From assembly GCF_009914755.1 (NCBI RefSeq), contig NC_060940.1: a stretch of 64,000 nt of DNA, one strand, 5' to 3'. Origin of the DNA: the human T2T-CHM13v2.0 reference genome, Homo sapiens. Below, one piece after another: positions 15,450 to 30,199 of the stretch. Within the stretch, counting starts at the first letter, position 1; each line of letters starts with the position of its first letter. Made by a program: the position numbers and the translations under genes. A model generated the notes under the pieces. That model worked only from the letters and a program-made list of their open reading frames with translations, made no database searches and was not told the DNA's origin.

Positions 15450-15655
15450 AAAATAATTTTAACTTTTATTTTAGATTCAGGAGGTGCACGTACAGGTTTG
15501 TTACCTGGGTATATTGTGTGATACTGAGGTTTGGGATACAAATGATTCCGTCACCCAGAGAGTGAGCATAGTACACAACAGTCAGTTTTTCAACCCTTGC
15601 CCCCAACCCTGGTTTGTATTAATCCTGTGTCTATTGTTACCATTTGTATGTCCTG
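15450..15655 (-). mobile_element. L1PA15/16-type 3' end
   Basis: aacttttattttagattcagg...caggtttgttacctgggtatattg...gtcacccag...tttttcaacccttg. Confidence 0.85.
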
Positions 15656-16802
15656 GGATGTCCTGGGACCCATCTTCTGGCTGCCCCTAAAATCATCAGC
15701 TCCTGTGACAGTGCCTCTGACCCAGCAAGCTGTCTTTGCTCACAAGGCTCACACACAAGAGACTGCCTAGAAGTCCCATCGATGAGGGCCATTCTGGCTC
15801 TCTTAGCATAACCCATAGCTCTCCAGGCCGTGCAAGAAGCTCAATGGCAATTACCTGCCACCCTCTCCCTTCATCCTTTGTGGTTCCCAACACTCAGTGC
15901 TCCACAGTTCCTTCCCGTGTTGAGTTTGGAAGGTTCTCCGCTCTATCTGAAAGCCCCTATCCTCAAGTTCGAGTGACAGAAAACCTCAAATGTATAGGAT
16001 GAACATTCTCTTAGTAGAGTGGGAATTGAAGTCTCAAAGTAACATATAAACTTAAAAACCAAAAATTCATGCCTGGCTCCTGCAGCATGTAAACTCACCC
16101 ACCCTGGACAATTGGATCTTTTGGATTCAGATCCTTTGATCTGTGGTTTGACTGGCAGTCACCCAAACCACCCTGCCCTTTCAGTTGAGGCTGCACCCAT
16201 ATGCTCAGCATATAATTTCTTTTACTTCTGGAGGAGGTGTTATGATGGATGCCTGACCCTCAGTGACTGTCTTAATCAAGGATCCTCTGGCTGCAAAGAG
16301 TAGAAACATATTCAAATTAGATAAGGCAGAAAGAGGGTTGATTATCAAGTTCCAAGGATATTTCATGGAACCAAACACAGGAAATATGTCAGGACCTCAT
16401 GAAGAACTGTACCTGGGAACCAAGATGATAATTATTGGTTTGAACACATGGAAGACATTAACTAGCATCTCTAATTCTCAATTCTAAATTCCCAGGAGAG
16501 ACTGTTTGATGTAGCTTGAGCCAAGTGTGTGTAGCTGGTCTGGTCCAGATCAAGAGGGCTGGGTTATTCAGTCCAAATGTGGCTGCAGGGGCCCCTCCTG
16601 GGGGTGAAGGGGCTGCTCACAGAGAGATGGAGAATGAGCAGAGCCCAGAGTATATCTATCTTAGTGACTGAGTGCATACAAATCACATGTTTACCACTCT
16701 CCTAGGAAGAAGGCCCTCAAGACACTGTAATTAACAAATACATCCAAGTGCTGCTGTTTTAAAAAGACAAAATAGTCAGGCTTTGGCTATATAAATCAAG
16801 GA

Positions 16803-17094
16803 TCATGCCTGTAATCTCAGCACTTTGGGAAGCTGAGGCAGGAAGATCACTTGAGCCCAGGAGTTTGAGAGCAGCCTAGGCAACATAGGGAGACCCTGTC
16901 TCCACAAAAAAAAAAAAAAAAAAAATAGCCGGGCATGGTGGTACACACCTGTAGTCCCAGCTACTCAGGAGGCTGAGGTGGCAGGATCACTTGATCCCAG
17001 GAAGTTGAGGCTGCAGTGAGCCATGACCCTGCCACTGCACTCCAGCCTGGGTGACGAGTAAGACCCTATCTCAAAAAAAAAAAAAAAAAAAAAA
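16803..17094 (+). mobile_element. AluJ, slightly 5' truncated
   Basis: Alu dimer with expanded middle A-tract and poly-A tail. Confidence 0.95.
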
Positions 17095-17295
17095 GAGGAA
17101 AAGAAAAAACCCTCATATGCACAATATTAGAAAGATAAAATGCAGATTTTTTGAAAAATTAAATTGCACTTATTAAAAGTTGAAACCTCATTTAAGAAGA
17201 TAGTTTTCTAGAAAAAAATATTGACTCAAGAAAAACTGAATATTCCAACAACCATTGGAGTATTTGTAAATAATGTCCAAAAAAAAGTCCTGCTA

Positions 17296-17593
<298 letters not shown>

Positions 17594-18326
17594 AGTGCTG
17601 CTAGACCCAGAGATTTTATATATGAGTTCATCAAGTCTTCAAGGAACCAGGCTATTTATGCTGTTTCAGAAATATAAAAAATATACTTCCTTGTTTATTT
17701 TACTACTGAGTAACTGGATTACTCTGACAACAAACTCTGAATACAGATGCATAAAATGTGAATAATATAGGAGGAAATAGGATTCAAGTAAATTAGCAAA
17801 GATAAATCTGCATTTAGAGAATTTAGGGAGGCAAGGTGGGGGGAAAATGTGTAGTAGCCAAGTAGGATTCCTTCTAAGGATGCCAAGAATGTCTTGTTAT
17901 TAGCATGCCTCATAATATAATTAAAGCACTATAGTGGGTCAAAAGAGGGGAAAATGCACAATCAAATGCATTGTTTTTAAATTAGGCATTGATGGAAGTC
18001 AATGGTCATTTCTGAAAACAAAATCCTAAATTAGGACTAGAGGATGGTCTTTAATGTAATCAAGAACAATTACCTGACTGGTTCCTTACATTATGTTTAA
18101 GGCAGCATTTAAAGCCCAGAACAACATGACTGCACTTATTTAGTATTGTTCTGGAAGGTATAGCCAATGTGACAAGACAAGGAAAAAGAAAAAAATAGAC
18201 TCAAATCTTGAAGAGAAGTCATTGTTTTGTGATTAGCAGATGATGGTATTGTCTGCCTATAAAACCAAAGAAAACCAACTGACAACCTGCTGGAACTAAT
18301 AAAAGATTTTGGCAGAGGGGAGAATT

Positions 18327-18384
18327 CGCGCAAGCACGTGCGCGCGCGCGCACACACACACACACTAACCAATTTGACAATATG

Positions 18385-18423
<39 letters not shown>
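18327..18423. repeat. Compound (CG)n(CA)n ... (TG)n microsatellite pair
   Basis: gcacgtgcgcgcgcgcgcacacacacacacac, 19-nt spacer, then about (GT)19. Confidence 0.95.
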
Positions 18424-18425
<2 letters not shown>

Positions 18426-18467
18426 GGGGCAGAGGAAGGGTTAATTGCAACAAAAACCAAAATGTTA

Positions 18468-18836
<369 letters not shown>

Positions 18837-20101
18837 AATTTGCATGAAGAAAACTATAAAACTTTACTAGATAATATAAACAAAAGACCTGAGTAAGTAC
18901 AGGGCCTGGCATATACCTGGATGTTAATTCTCCTCAAATTAATCTATTCATTTTATTCAATTAAATGGAAACCCCTATGAAAAGAACACGTTGACTTTTA
19001 AAGTTCATCTAGAGACTGGTGAGAACACTTGGAGAAAATCTGAACATGGAGAGTAGGATTATTATTTTAAAACATAAGTTTATAGTAATTAAAAGTATAG
19101 TACTGCTGTGGAAAGATCGGTGGGATAGAAGAGAAAATCCATTTTAAAAATAGAGTTTACTATATGGCAAGGTGGCATTTGAATCAGTGGGAAAGACTTA
19201 TTTAACAAATAGTGTTGAGACAACTGGCTTGCCATTTGGAAACTAATTCTTCCCTCATATATACCAAAATAAGTCTCAAAATAATTGCAGACTTGCACCT
19301 TAAAAATGGAACCACTTTTTAAGTTATGGAATGGTGAAAATTTTCTAAGCATGGCACCAAAGACAGAAAACACCAAGAACAAGACTAAGAAATTGGACTA
19401 CATAAAAATGTAAAATATGTTTACATTAGAAAATCACAAAGGCAAAGCAGCCAGCAAAATGGGTAATGTGATATGCAACATATAAAGTCGAGGTGTAGAT
19501 ATCCTGAACTTGTAAAGATTTATGACATATAAACAAGAAAGAGATAAACAACCTAACAAGTTGTGCAATGAACATGAACAAGCAACATGCAAAAGCAGAA
19601 ATTCAAATGGACAATCAGCAAGTGAAAGAAAAAATACTTGACTCAGTAGGCATGAAAAAAATGGAGCAAAATAATGATAGCATTTTTTGCAGTTGAGAAA
19701 CATGGAAAGGATCCACTTTTAGTGCTATTGTGAGTGTCATTTGGTACAACTGTTCTGGAAGAATATTTGGAAGGATATTTTGCAAAAGCTTTAGACTCAA
19801 TCACATCCAGGGTATGTTTTTAGAAAACAATTTCAAGGAAATAAAGGGTATATGCCTATTTAACCTGGAGGATGTTTAGTATAGTTTTATTTGACTATTA
19901 AAAAATGCAAATAAGTGTCTGATATGGGAGATTGGTATGGAATACTATAAGCTCTTTGAAAAGATTAAGTAAATGGATGTAAACAACTAATACAGAATAT
20001 TATCCATTGTATATGATCAAGTTTTAAAAGGTTACAGAATGATGCGCTCAATTTGTGTGATTCTGCTTTTTTAAAAAAATATTACACATGCACAAAAATT
20101 A

Positions 20102-20518
<417 letters not shown>

Positions 20519-21274
20519 TCATTTTTTCCTTTACTTATTCGACGTGTTATTTCCATGTATATCAGCTAGAGAATGCAAAGTCAGGAAGTATTCTGAAGCC
20601 AACAGCAGTTAAGTTTCAGATCCATTTCTGAGCCTGGGCCCTACCCAGGACTGTTGTTAATTTAAAGATAAATTCATCCATGACCGTGCTCTATCTTACA
20701 ATTCTGGGCACTGATTTGTTTCCTTTTGGTGTTAATTTTGCTGCTGCAGCTTTCTGAGGTCCCTGAGCTGGGGGCGCCTGTTTAACTACTAGTCCTTTGT
20801 GTCTCTTGCCAGATTTATTCAGCAGTTTATCTAGTGCTTTTCCTAATTGAATAAAACCTATAATTTCATTTTTAAAATACATGGACCCATTAGTGTCAGT
20901 AATTAGACATTAACTAGTATGAAGATGGCCCATTAATGAAGCAGCAGTTTTAGGAGGCTCCACTGGTAGAGTCTACAGGGGAATCACGTGTAAATGCTGT
21001 CCCTTGCTGATTTATGATGGGCCTGTTTGTGATCCTCTGAACAGCAGTGGGACCTACAATGAAATTAGCAATTTCCTAACAGGTACTAAACAAGCAGAAC
21101 TGCAAATGAGATTTATGTTGTTGTTGGAACAGCCCGGAAGCCTAGTGAAAAGGGGCGCTCTGTAAAACTAGCCCTCAGAGACAGAGCTGATCCTGACTCT
21201 CTTCCTGATAGAGACCTCCCTCATCTGGCCTGCTGGACAAATCTTTGAGCAAAAGGTCTTCCAACACCCATGGG

Positions 21275-21430
21275 AGGCAGCATCGTGTTGTAGTTAAAGG
21301 CATGGATTTAGCATTAGATAGCTGTGGGTTCAAATCCAGCTTTGACACTTTCTAGCTCTCTAATCTTGAACAGGTTATTGCTAATTACTTAGCTGGCCCA
21401 AGACTCAGTTCCCTGATTTGAGATTATAGA
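21275..21430 (+). mobile_element. MIR SINE
   Basis: gaggcagcatcgtgttgtagttaaagg...gggttcaaatcc...ctcagttccctgat. Confidence 0.7.
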
Positions 21431-21449
21431 GCAGGCCTCTGTTAAAAAC

Positions 21450-21817
21450 TGTGTTAGTCTGTTTTAATGCTGCTGATAAAGACATTCCCAAGACTGGGTA
21501 ATTTACAAACGAAAGAGGTTTAATGGACTTACAGTTCCACATGGCTGGGGAGGCCTCACAGTCATGGTGGAAGGCAAGAAGGAGAAATTCGTGTCTTACA
21601 TGGATGGCAGCAGGCAAAAAGAGAGCTTGTGCAGAGAAACTCCCCCTTTTAAAACCATCAGATCTGTGAGACTCATTTACTAACATGAGAACAGCGCAGG
21701 AAAGACCCGCCGCCATAATTCAATCACCTCCCACTGGGTTCTTCCCACCACATGTGGGAATTGTGGGAGTTACAATTCAAGATGAGATTTGGGTGGGGAC
21801 ACAGCCAAACCATATCA
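21450..21817 (-). mobile_element. THE1 (A/B) solo LTR
   Basis: TG...CA ends with perfect 5-bp TSD aaaac. Confidence 0.95.
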
Positions 21818-21979
21818 AAAACCTAAGTTCTTCCACCTCCTGTTAATGTAGATCAGGGAAGCAAAAGGAGCCCTCTTTCAGCACCTATGGTCTAGCTCAG
21901 GTTGAAGGCAAAGCCTCAGAGTTCAATCTTAGTTTGGGTCACAGACTCCTTGAGAAAATTGGATGGAAATAGCTCATGT

Positions 21980-22190
21980 AGATTGAACACTTACTATGAA
22001 GTGTTATGCAAACATAGTCTTAAATTCTCACATTGAATTTAAAATGTAGGTATAATTTATTAATATCTCCAAGCCTACAGGTAAGGAAACTGAGGCTTAG
22101 AGAGAGATTTATACCCCCTTCTAGGGTTACAGAAAGTGGCCGATGTGGAATTTGAACTTGGGCCACTTGACTGTGGCACCCTGGGATACG
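21980..22190 (-). mobile_element. MIR SINE
   Basis: tacaggtaaggaaactgaggcttagagag...ggaatttgaac. Confidence 0.7.
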
Positions 22191-22904
22191 CTGCCCTCCT
22201 CTGACTCGCTCATGCATATATCATACACAAAACAGCATTTCATGGTGTTCTGGACCCCCTGAAGCCCACCCAGAAATGCCTAATAACCTGTGGGGGCAGG
22301 AATAATTCCAGCATTAAAATGTATCCAGATATGACGACTGCTCACCCACTCTCAGCCAAGCCACCATCATCTCTTTCGTGGATGACTGGGTGCAGCTTCT
22401 AATTGATTAGTGCTCTGCCCTTTCCTCTCTTCTGTCTGTCCCCAGCAGAGCAGCCCACAGGTCTGCTAAAGCATAAGTCGAATCACGTCGCTCCTCTGCT
22501 TCTCATCTCATTCAGAGTAAACGTTGAAGTCCTTATACAGCCTCCAAGGTCCTACACCCAATGCCTGTTCCTGTTTGTCTCTCTGATCTCCTCCCCTGCT
22601 ACTCTCTTTTGCCTGTTCTGTTCCAGCAACACTGGCTTCCTCCCTGTCCCCCGGAAACACCAGGTGCATTCTCACCTTGGGGACTGTGCATTGTGTTTCT
22701 CTCACCCGAAATATTTGCTCCTCTGAGAGCCTCATGCCCAGCTCCTTCACCCCTTGTAAGTCTTTACTCAAACTCCCCTTCTGAGGGAAGTTTTCCCCAG
22801 CCACCCTTTGCACAGTCTTAACCTCCCTGGCCCTCCATCACTCCCTTGCTTTATTTTTGCTGCTTAGGACTTATAACCACCTAATGTGGTTTAACTGTTA
22901 GATA

Positions 22905-23585
<681 letters not shown>

Positions 23586-24086
23586 TACTTTGTTATGCAC
23601 CTTACTGTCTGTATCCCCACAAAAACACAATCTCCATAGGTCAGAGATTGTGTTTCTTCTGTTCAGTCTATCTCTAGGCTCGGGAACAGTACCTAGCACA
23701 TAGTAGATGCTCAATAAATATTTGATGAATGAATAAACCTGGCCCAATGCCCTTCTATCCACAGGGGCCTGTGATTTGACAGGCAAAGTCTCAGGGAAGC
23801 CAGAAAGACTCCTACATTGAGGGCAGCTGCTAGCAGTAACACCTTTTGGGTTAGAAACCTGTGTGACTCCGACGCCAATATTGGTAGGGAAAGGATTCAT
23901 TTCCAGGGCCAGGGTGGGCTCACCTGGGAGGTGCAAACAGACTTGGAATAGCCCTGCAGGGAAGTGACCAGGCGTACATACATTTCTTTTGGTACCAGTG
24001 TAACGATTACAGATGGTGCCAGTGCTTCTCCAGACAGTCTGTTTATTGTTGATGGAAATGAGATCTGTATACTTTAGATACCCAAC

Positions 24087-24172
24087 GAGCCAATAGTACA
24101 GCAGACACTTCGAGATGAAAATTTCAGAACTTGGCTTATAAATCTGCTCTCTACACAGAAGTGGGACAATCT
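24087..24172 (+). promoter_or_regulatory. Candidate core promoter (CCAAT + TATA + Inr)
   Basis: agCCAATag at 24090, TATAAAT at 24137, CA(+1) at 24167/24168; spacing about -78/-31. Motif evidence only. Confidence 0.25.
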
Positions 24173-24178
24173 TGTGAT

Positions 24179-24317
24179 TTGTCAGCTGAGCATTAGGATT
24201 TCAAATGGCAGCCCTAGAGATAAACCCAAGTAAAAGACTATTTAATAATCTGCCTTTCTCTTCTCATATCAACCCTAAGGATGATTATTCCAGACTTATT
24301 TTCAAGGAGATAAGTTC
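24179..24317 (+). repeat. Local doublet, copy 1
   Basis: 139 bp, ungapped, 9 mismatches against 26229-26367. Confidence 0.97.
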
Positions 24318-24469
24318 CCTCCTTCAATGCATTCTGATTTTTATTGTCATTTACCCAGAGCTTTATCTCCTATACCAAATATAGCAAATGCTGCTCTTGG
24401 ATAATATTTGATCCAGAGAAGTTTTGTCGGGCTCATAGGGTATTTTGAGAAAAAATTCTTTTATTGGGT

Positions 24470-24700
24470 GCTGATTTAAAAATCAAAACATACCAAAAAT
24501 TTATAGTTCTATCTAGAAAAATGAGGAAATTGGGCAACACTGGACCTGTATTCCTGCTTGTTAATGATCAGCTGGAAAGAAGTGGTTTCTTCTTTAGATG
24601 GGGCACACCCTCTAGGGTTCCCCACCAGCCCCACCCAGCCCACTGCACTCATCTGTTACCTGCCTGGCCCACGTAAGTACCTCAACCAGCAACTCTGACG
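24470..24700 (+). mobile_element. MER102-like fragment
   Basis: gggcaacactggacctgtattcc...tttagatggggcac...gttacctgcctggccc. Confidence 0.5.
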
Positions 24701-24929
24701 TGGACCGCTGGGTGATGGACTGCCTCATTGAGGATGGGGAGAGAGCAGCCCTGGACCTGAGAATACAAGATTCTCCCTAACATCATCCCAGAGAACCCAA
24801 AACCTGGACTTATTTGGCAATCAGCTTCCCCACCTAGAGCCCTCATGTTGGTTTATAAGAGTCACATTGTATAAAAGCTATTTATATAATGACTTCCAGA
24901 CTTTCAACCACCAGTACTGAGATCTCTGG

Positions 24930-25160
24930 CTGAAAGTGTAGGCTCTGGAGCCACAAAGCCCTGTGTCAAATCATGGCTCAACCTCTCACCAGACATGTGA
25001 CCATGAACAAGTTTCTTAACCTTTCAATGCCTCAGTTTCCTTATATGTAAAGTGATGATAACAATATTTACTACTGTATTGGGCTAGAGTTGAGGATTAA
25101 ATTATTCACATAAAGCATCTAGAAAAGTATCTGGCATGTAAGTAGTGGTCAAAAAGTGTC
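24930..25160 (+). mobile_element. MIR SINE
   Basis: ggctctggagcc...atgtgacc...caagtttcttaacc...tgcctcagtttcc. Confidence 0.8.
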
Positions 25161-25671
25161 TGCTGGAAGAGGAATCCTGGGGTGTCAGCAAAACAGTCTA
25201 ACTTCGGAGCTAGCAGAGTGGAATTCAAAGCCTGGCTCCATCACTCCAAGGGAAAACCAGCACCACTTCTCTGAGCCTCACCTTCAGTATGCGTAGAAGC
25301 AGAATCTATTTCACAGGTTATTAAATGGGAGTGGTGGGAGCAAAGGAAACCAAGAATTCTTTAAACACCAAGCTCAAAGGCTGGAACATGGCAGACATTT
25401 AAATGCTCACTAAATCTTATCTCACGTTAATGACAAGTTTCTTGGACCATTTTCTCAACTTCTAAACCTGTCGGGTAACAGATAAACTAGATTAGAAGAG
25501 TGAGAGCAATGGGAGATGGTTTTGTGGTTTCAGTGCAGGAATTTTTGAATATATAGTCACTGTCTTTGTTAAACTTTACAAATGACCATTCTGGGATGTT
25601 GTGGGCAGATATCCTAGTCTACCAGGATTAAGCCTAGTCTATCCTGGTAACCTCTGACAGAACAAAATCCA

Positions 25672-26180
25672 TGTGTTTCAGTTTGCTTTTGTTGGGTAAC
25701 AAACCACCCCAAAACTTAGTGGCTTAACACAACAGCCACTTACGGAGTCCAGCAACTCTACCGACTGGCAGTTTGGCTTGAGTTCACCTGGGCAGTTCTA
25801 GACTGAGCCTGGTCTAGCTGGGGTTGGCTGGATTCACTCACACATCTGGGATCAACTAGTGGGTCGACTGCGGCTGACTGATGGATGGCAGCTTGGTCCA
25901 GAGTGCTTGAGATGATGGAGGCCCCATCTCTGAGTGATCTCCCATTCTTCAGCAGGCTTGCCTGGGCTTACTCAATGGAGATCACAGGGTTCCGGGAACA
26001 GCAGGAGGGCAAGCGTCAGTGCACAAAAGCTTTTCAAGTGTCTGCATGTGCCATGTTTGCGACTATCCTGTTGGCCAAAGCAAGTCTGGAGCCAAGTTTT
26101 GAGTCAACCTGGGAGGACACTACCAGAGGGGTTAATACAGGAAGGGGACTTCATGTAGCCATTTTTGCAAACAGCAGGCC
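25672..26180 (-). mobile_element. MLT1F/G LTR
   Basis: taacaaaccaccccaaaacttagtggcttaacacaaca ... gccatttttgcaa. Confidence 0.75.
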
Positions 26181-26228
26181 CCTTCAGGACCATAAGCCAA
26201 GCTAGAAAACTGTTCCTTCAACTTCTAG

Positions 26229-26367
26229 TTGTCAACTGAGCGTTAGGATTTCAAATGGCAGCCCTAGAGATAAACTCAAGTAAAAGACTATTTAATAATC
26301 TACCTTTTGCTTCTCATATCAACCCTAAAGATGATTATTCCAGACTTATTTTACAGGAGATAAGTTC
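26229..26367 (+). repeat. Local doublet, copy 2
   Basis: Offset exactly 2050 bp from copy 1; starts immediately after ...acttctAG. Confidence 0.97.
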
Positions 26368-27025
26368 AGAAGGTGAGATTTCCTCCTCCACGTCCCATCT
26401 GCAAGTTCTCAGATTTGTGTGGAATTTCTTCACTGGCAATTGCACTAACCAGGCTTCCAGCAAAGCCTAGACACCGCTGTCCTCAAGCCTGGTTTCCCAG
26501 CGATCACGTCTGAGTCTCCCAATCCATGCTTCCATGTGTGTCCTGGCTTGACCATAGGCAGTGAGCCCATATGGCTGTGAGTCTGTCTCCTGGGTGCCAA
26601 ACTCTGCCAGGCCATATGCTGTCTGGAACGAGGCATTATTCACTGTAAGTGTCACTGCTGAGAGCTGGCAGAGGCACCTGCTGGGGCTGGAACCTGTTAC
26701 AGTCAAGACAGTACTGGGACCTGGCATACCTCCAGGCCCCAGGAAGCCAAACCACTTGACCCAATGACAAATCTCCTGGTTCTCCTCAGATTTCTGGATC
26801 CTACATTCCTAGACCATTAACCTTAAAGGGCTGCATCGCCCTGTGAGGCTCTCCCAGAGCTGAGTTGATAAAGTGGTCAGGACTCCTCTGCAGCTGAGAG
26901 TGTTTGGAGCCTGAGGGTCAATCCCAAATCACATAGAGGGAAGGGCACAGGGGCCAAGGCTGCACGAATGTGTCCTAATGGGACAATCCTAATAGTGGCC
27001 AGCATTGACAGAACACTCACCTATA

Positions 27026-28113
<1,088 letters not shown>

Positions 28114-28203
28114 TACATAATATTGCATTCCTTTCTTCCCTCCCAAGTTCAAAACCAGTCGAGTCAAGAGTCAGAGTCAATGGCCATCAAAATGTCAGCT
28201 ATA

Positions 28204-29153
28204 GCAAACTATGCATCCGACAAAGGACTAGTAACCAGAATCTATAAGGAAATCAAATAATCAGCAAGAATAAAACAAATAATCTCATCAAAAAGTGGGC
28301 TAAGGACATGCACAGACAATTCTCGAAAAAAAAGATATACAAATGGCCAAGAAATATATGAAAAAATTCTCATCATCACTAATGATCAAGGAAATGCAAA
28401 TCAAAACTACAATACAATACCACATTACTTCTGCAAGAATAGCCATCATTTTTTAAAAAAATAAAACATAATAGATATTGGCATGCATATTTTTAAAAAA
28501 ATTAAAACATAATAGATGTTGGCATGGATATGGTGAAAAGGGAGCACTTTTATGCTGCCAGTGTCAACGACACCACTATGGAAAACCGTGTGGAGATTCC
28601 TTAAAGAACTAGATCTACCATTTGACCCAGCAATCCCACTCCTGGGTATCTACCCAGAGAAAAAGAAGTCATCATATGAAAAAGACATTTGCACATGCAT
28701 GTTGATAGCAGCACAATTTGCAATTGAAAAAATATGGATCCAGCCCAAATGCCCATCAATCAATGAGTGCATAAAGAAAACGTGGTATATATATGCCATG
28801 GAATACTACTCAGCCATAAAAAGGAACAAAACAGTGGCAGTTGCAGCAACCTAGATGGAGTCGAAGGCCATTATTCTAAATGAAGTAACTCAGGAATGGA
28901 AAACTAAACATCGTATATTCTCACTTATAAGTGGGAGCTAAGCTACGAGGACACAATGGCTAAGAATGATACAATGGACTTTGGGAACTTGGGGGGAAGG
29001 ATGGAAAGGGGATGAGAGATAAAAGACTACACATTGGGTACAGTGTACACTGCTTGGGTGACAGGTGCACCAAAATCTCAGAAATCACCACTAAAGTACT
29101 TATCCATGCAACCAAACACCAGCCGTTCCCCAAAAGCTTATTGAAATACAAAA
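28204..29153 (+). mobile_element. L1PB 5'-truncated 3' end
   Basis: ORF2 C-terminal remnant (PFDPAIPLLGIYP...MEYYSAIK), 3' UTR, A-tail; 15-bp TSD aaaatgtcagctata at 28189 and 29154. Confidence 0.93.
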
Positions 29154-29714
29154 AAAATGTCAGCTATATCACTGGTGAATGTGGCTGGGAGATATGACTT
29201 AAGTTCTGAAGTCACAAGAGCCTGCTGGGTTAGACTCACCCACCTGGTCACCTGAATGGCTGGGTGACTGCAGGCATTCCCCAAAGAGCCTTCTGTCTGC
29301 ATGGATGGCACAGAGGAGCAGGAATACCTTTGTTTGAGGCTGGCTAGTCCTAGCAGGATTGACGGGGAGGATTGCTGACCGTGGCGTGCTCAGCGACTTC
29401 TCCTAAATTTGCCAACTAGTTGACTCAACATGAGCAGACTGGTTATAAGTGGGCCGGGAAATGGAGCTTCCTTCTAACACACTAGGTTGGCCTGGCGACT
29501 TACTGCAGAGTGGAGGATGCATGTCTTTCTTTATTGGCTCATGAGATTCTCACTTGGACAGAGGAGAGGATCTGAAAATCCAAGAGAGTTGTAGGACCAT
29601 GACTTATGCTGAGAAGGGTGCAGGTTTGTATCAGCTTGGATTTCATCCCTGACCTACCCCTAACTCCAAAGTAGTAGGCAAGCAAATCATCCTACAGGAT
29701 GTATGTAAGATGGT

Positions 29715-30130
29715 GTTTCACTCAACATTTATTAGCACCTGATATGAGCCAGGCACTGTGCTAGGCATGGAAGTAATGAAGAGGAAGAAGGCAGTGTTTA
29801 CCCTCAAGGTGTTGCTTGTCTGACCAAGTAAGACAGTGCCGTGTAATGAGTGCAACAATACGGGTATTACAAGGTATTCAGAAGGCAGAGAGAAGCAAAG
29901 GATGAATTCTTTCTTGCATAGAGGGGGATAATGAGGGCTTCTTGGAGGAAGTGATGCTGGTGCTGATACCTGAAGGACAAGCAGGAGCCCACCCACAAGA
30001 CAATGCTGGGAAGCACGTTCTGGACCAAGATGTGTAAAACTGTGTTAAGTGCTGGGAGAAACCTTAAATATTCCTGTATTATCAGAGTCCAGGCTGTGCA
30101 AAGGAGAGTGTCTAAGATAACAACTAGTAC
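29715..30130 (-). mobile_element. L2 fragment
   Basis: cactcaacatttattagcacct...gccaggcactgtgctaggc. Confidence 0.7.
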
Positions 30131-30199
30131 CAGATCTGGAAAGGTCCAAGTGCACTGCTCAAATATATTTAGAATTTATTGTGTACATTATGATGTCTT

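Noticed and set aside
28552-28854. 100-aa ORF resembling a real protein
   Set aside because: It is the C-terminal remnant of L1 ORF2 in a truncated L1PB, not a host gene.
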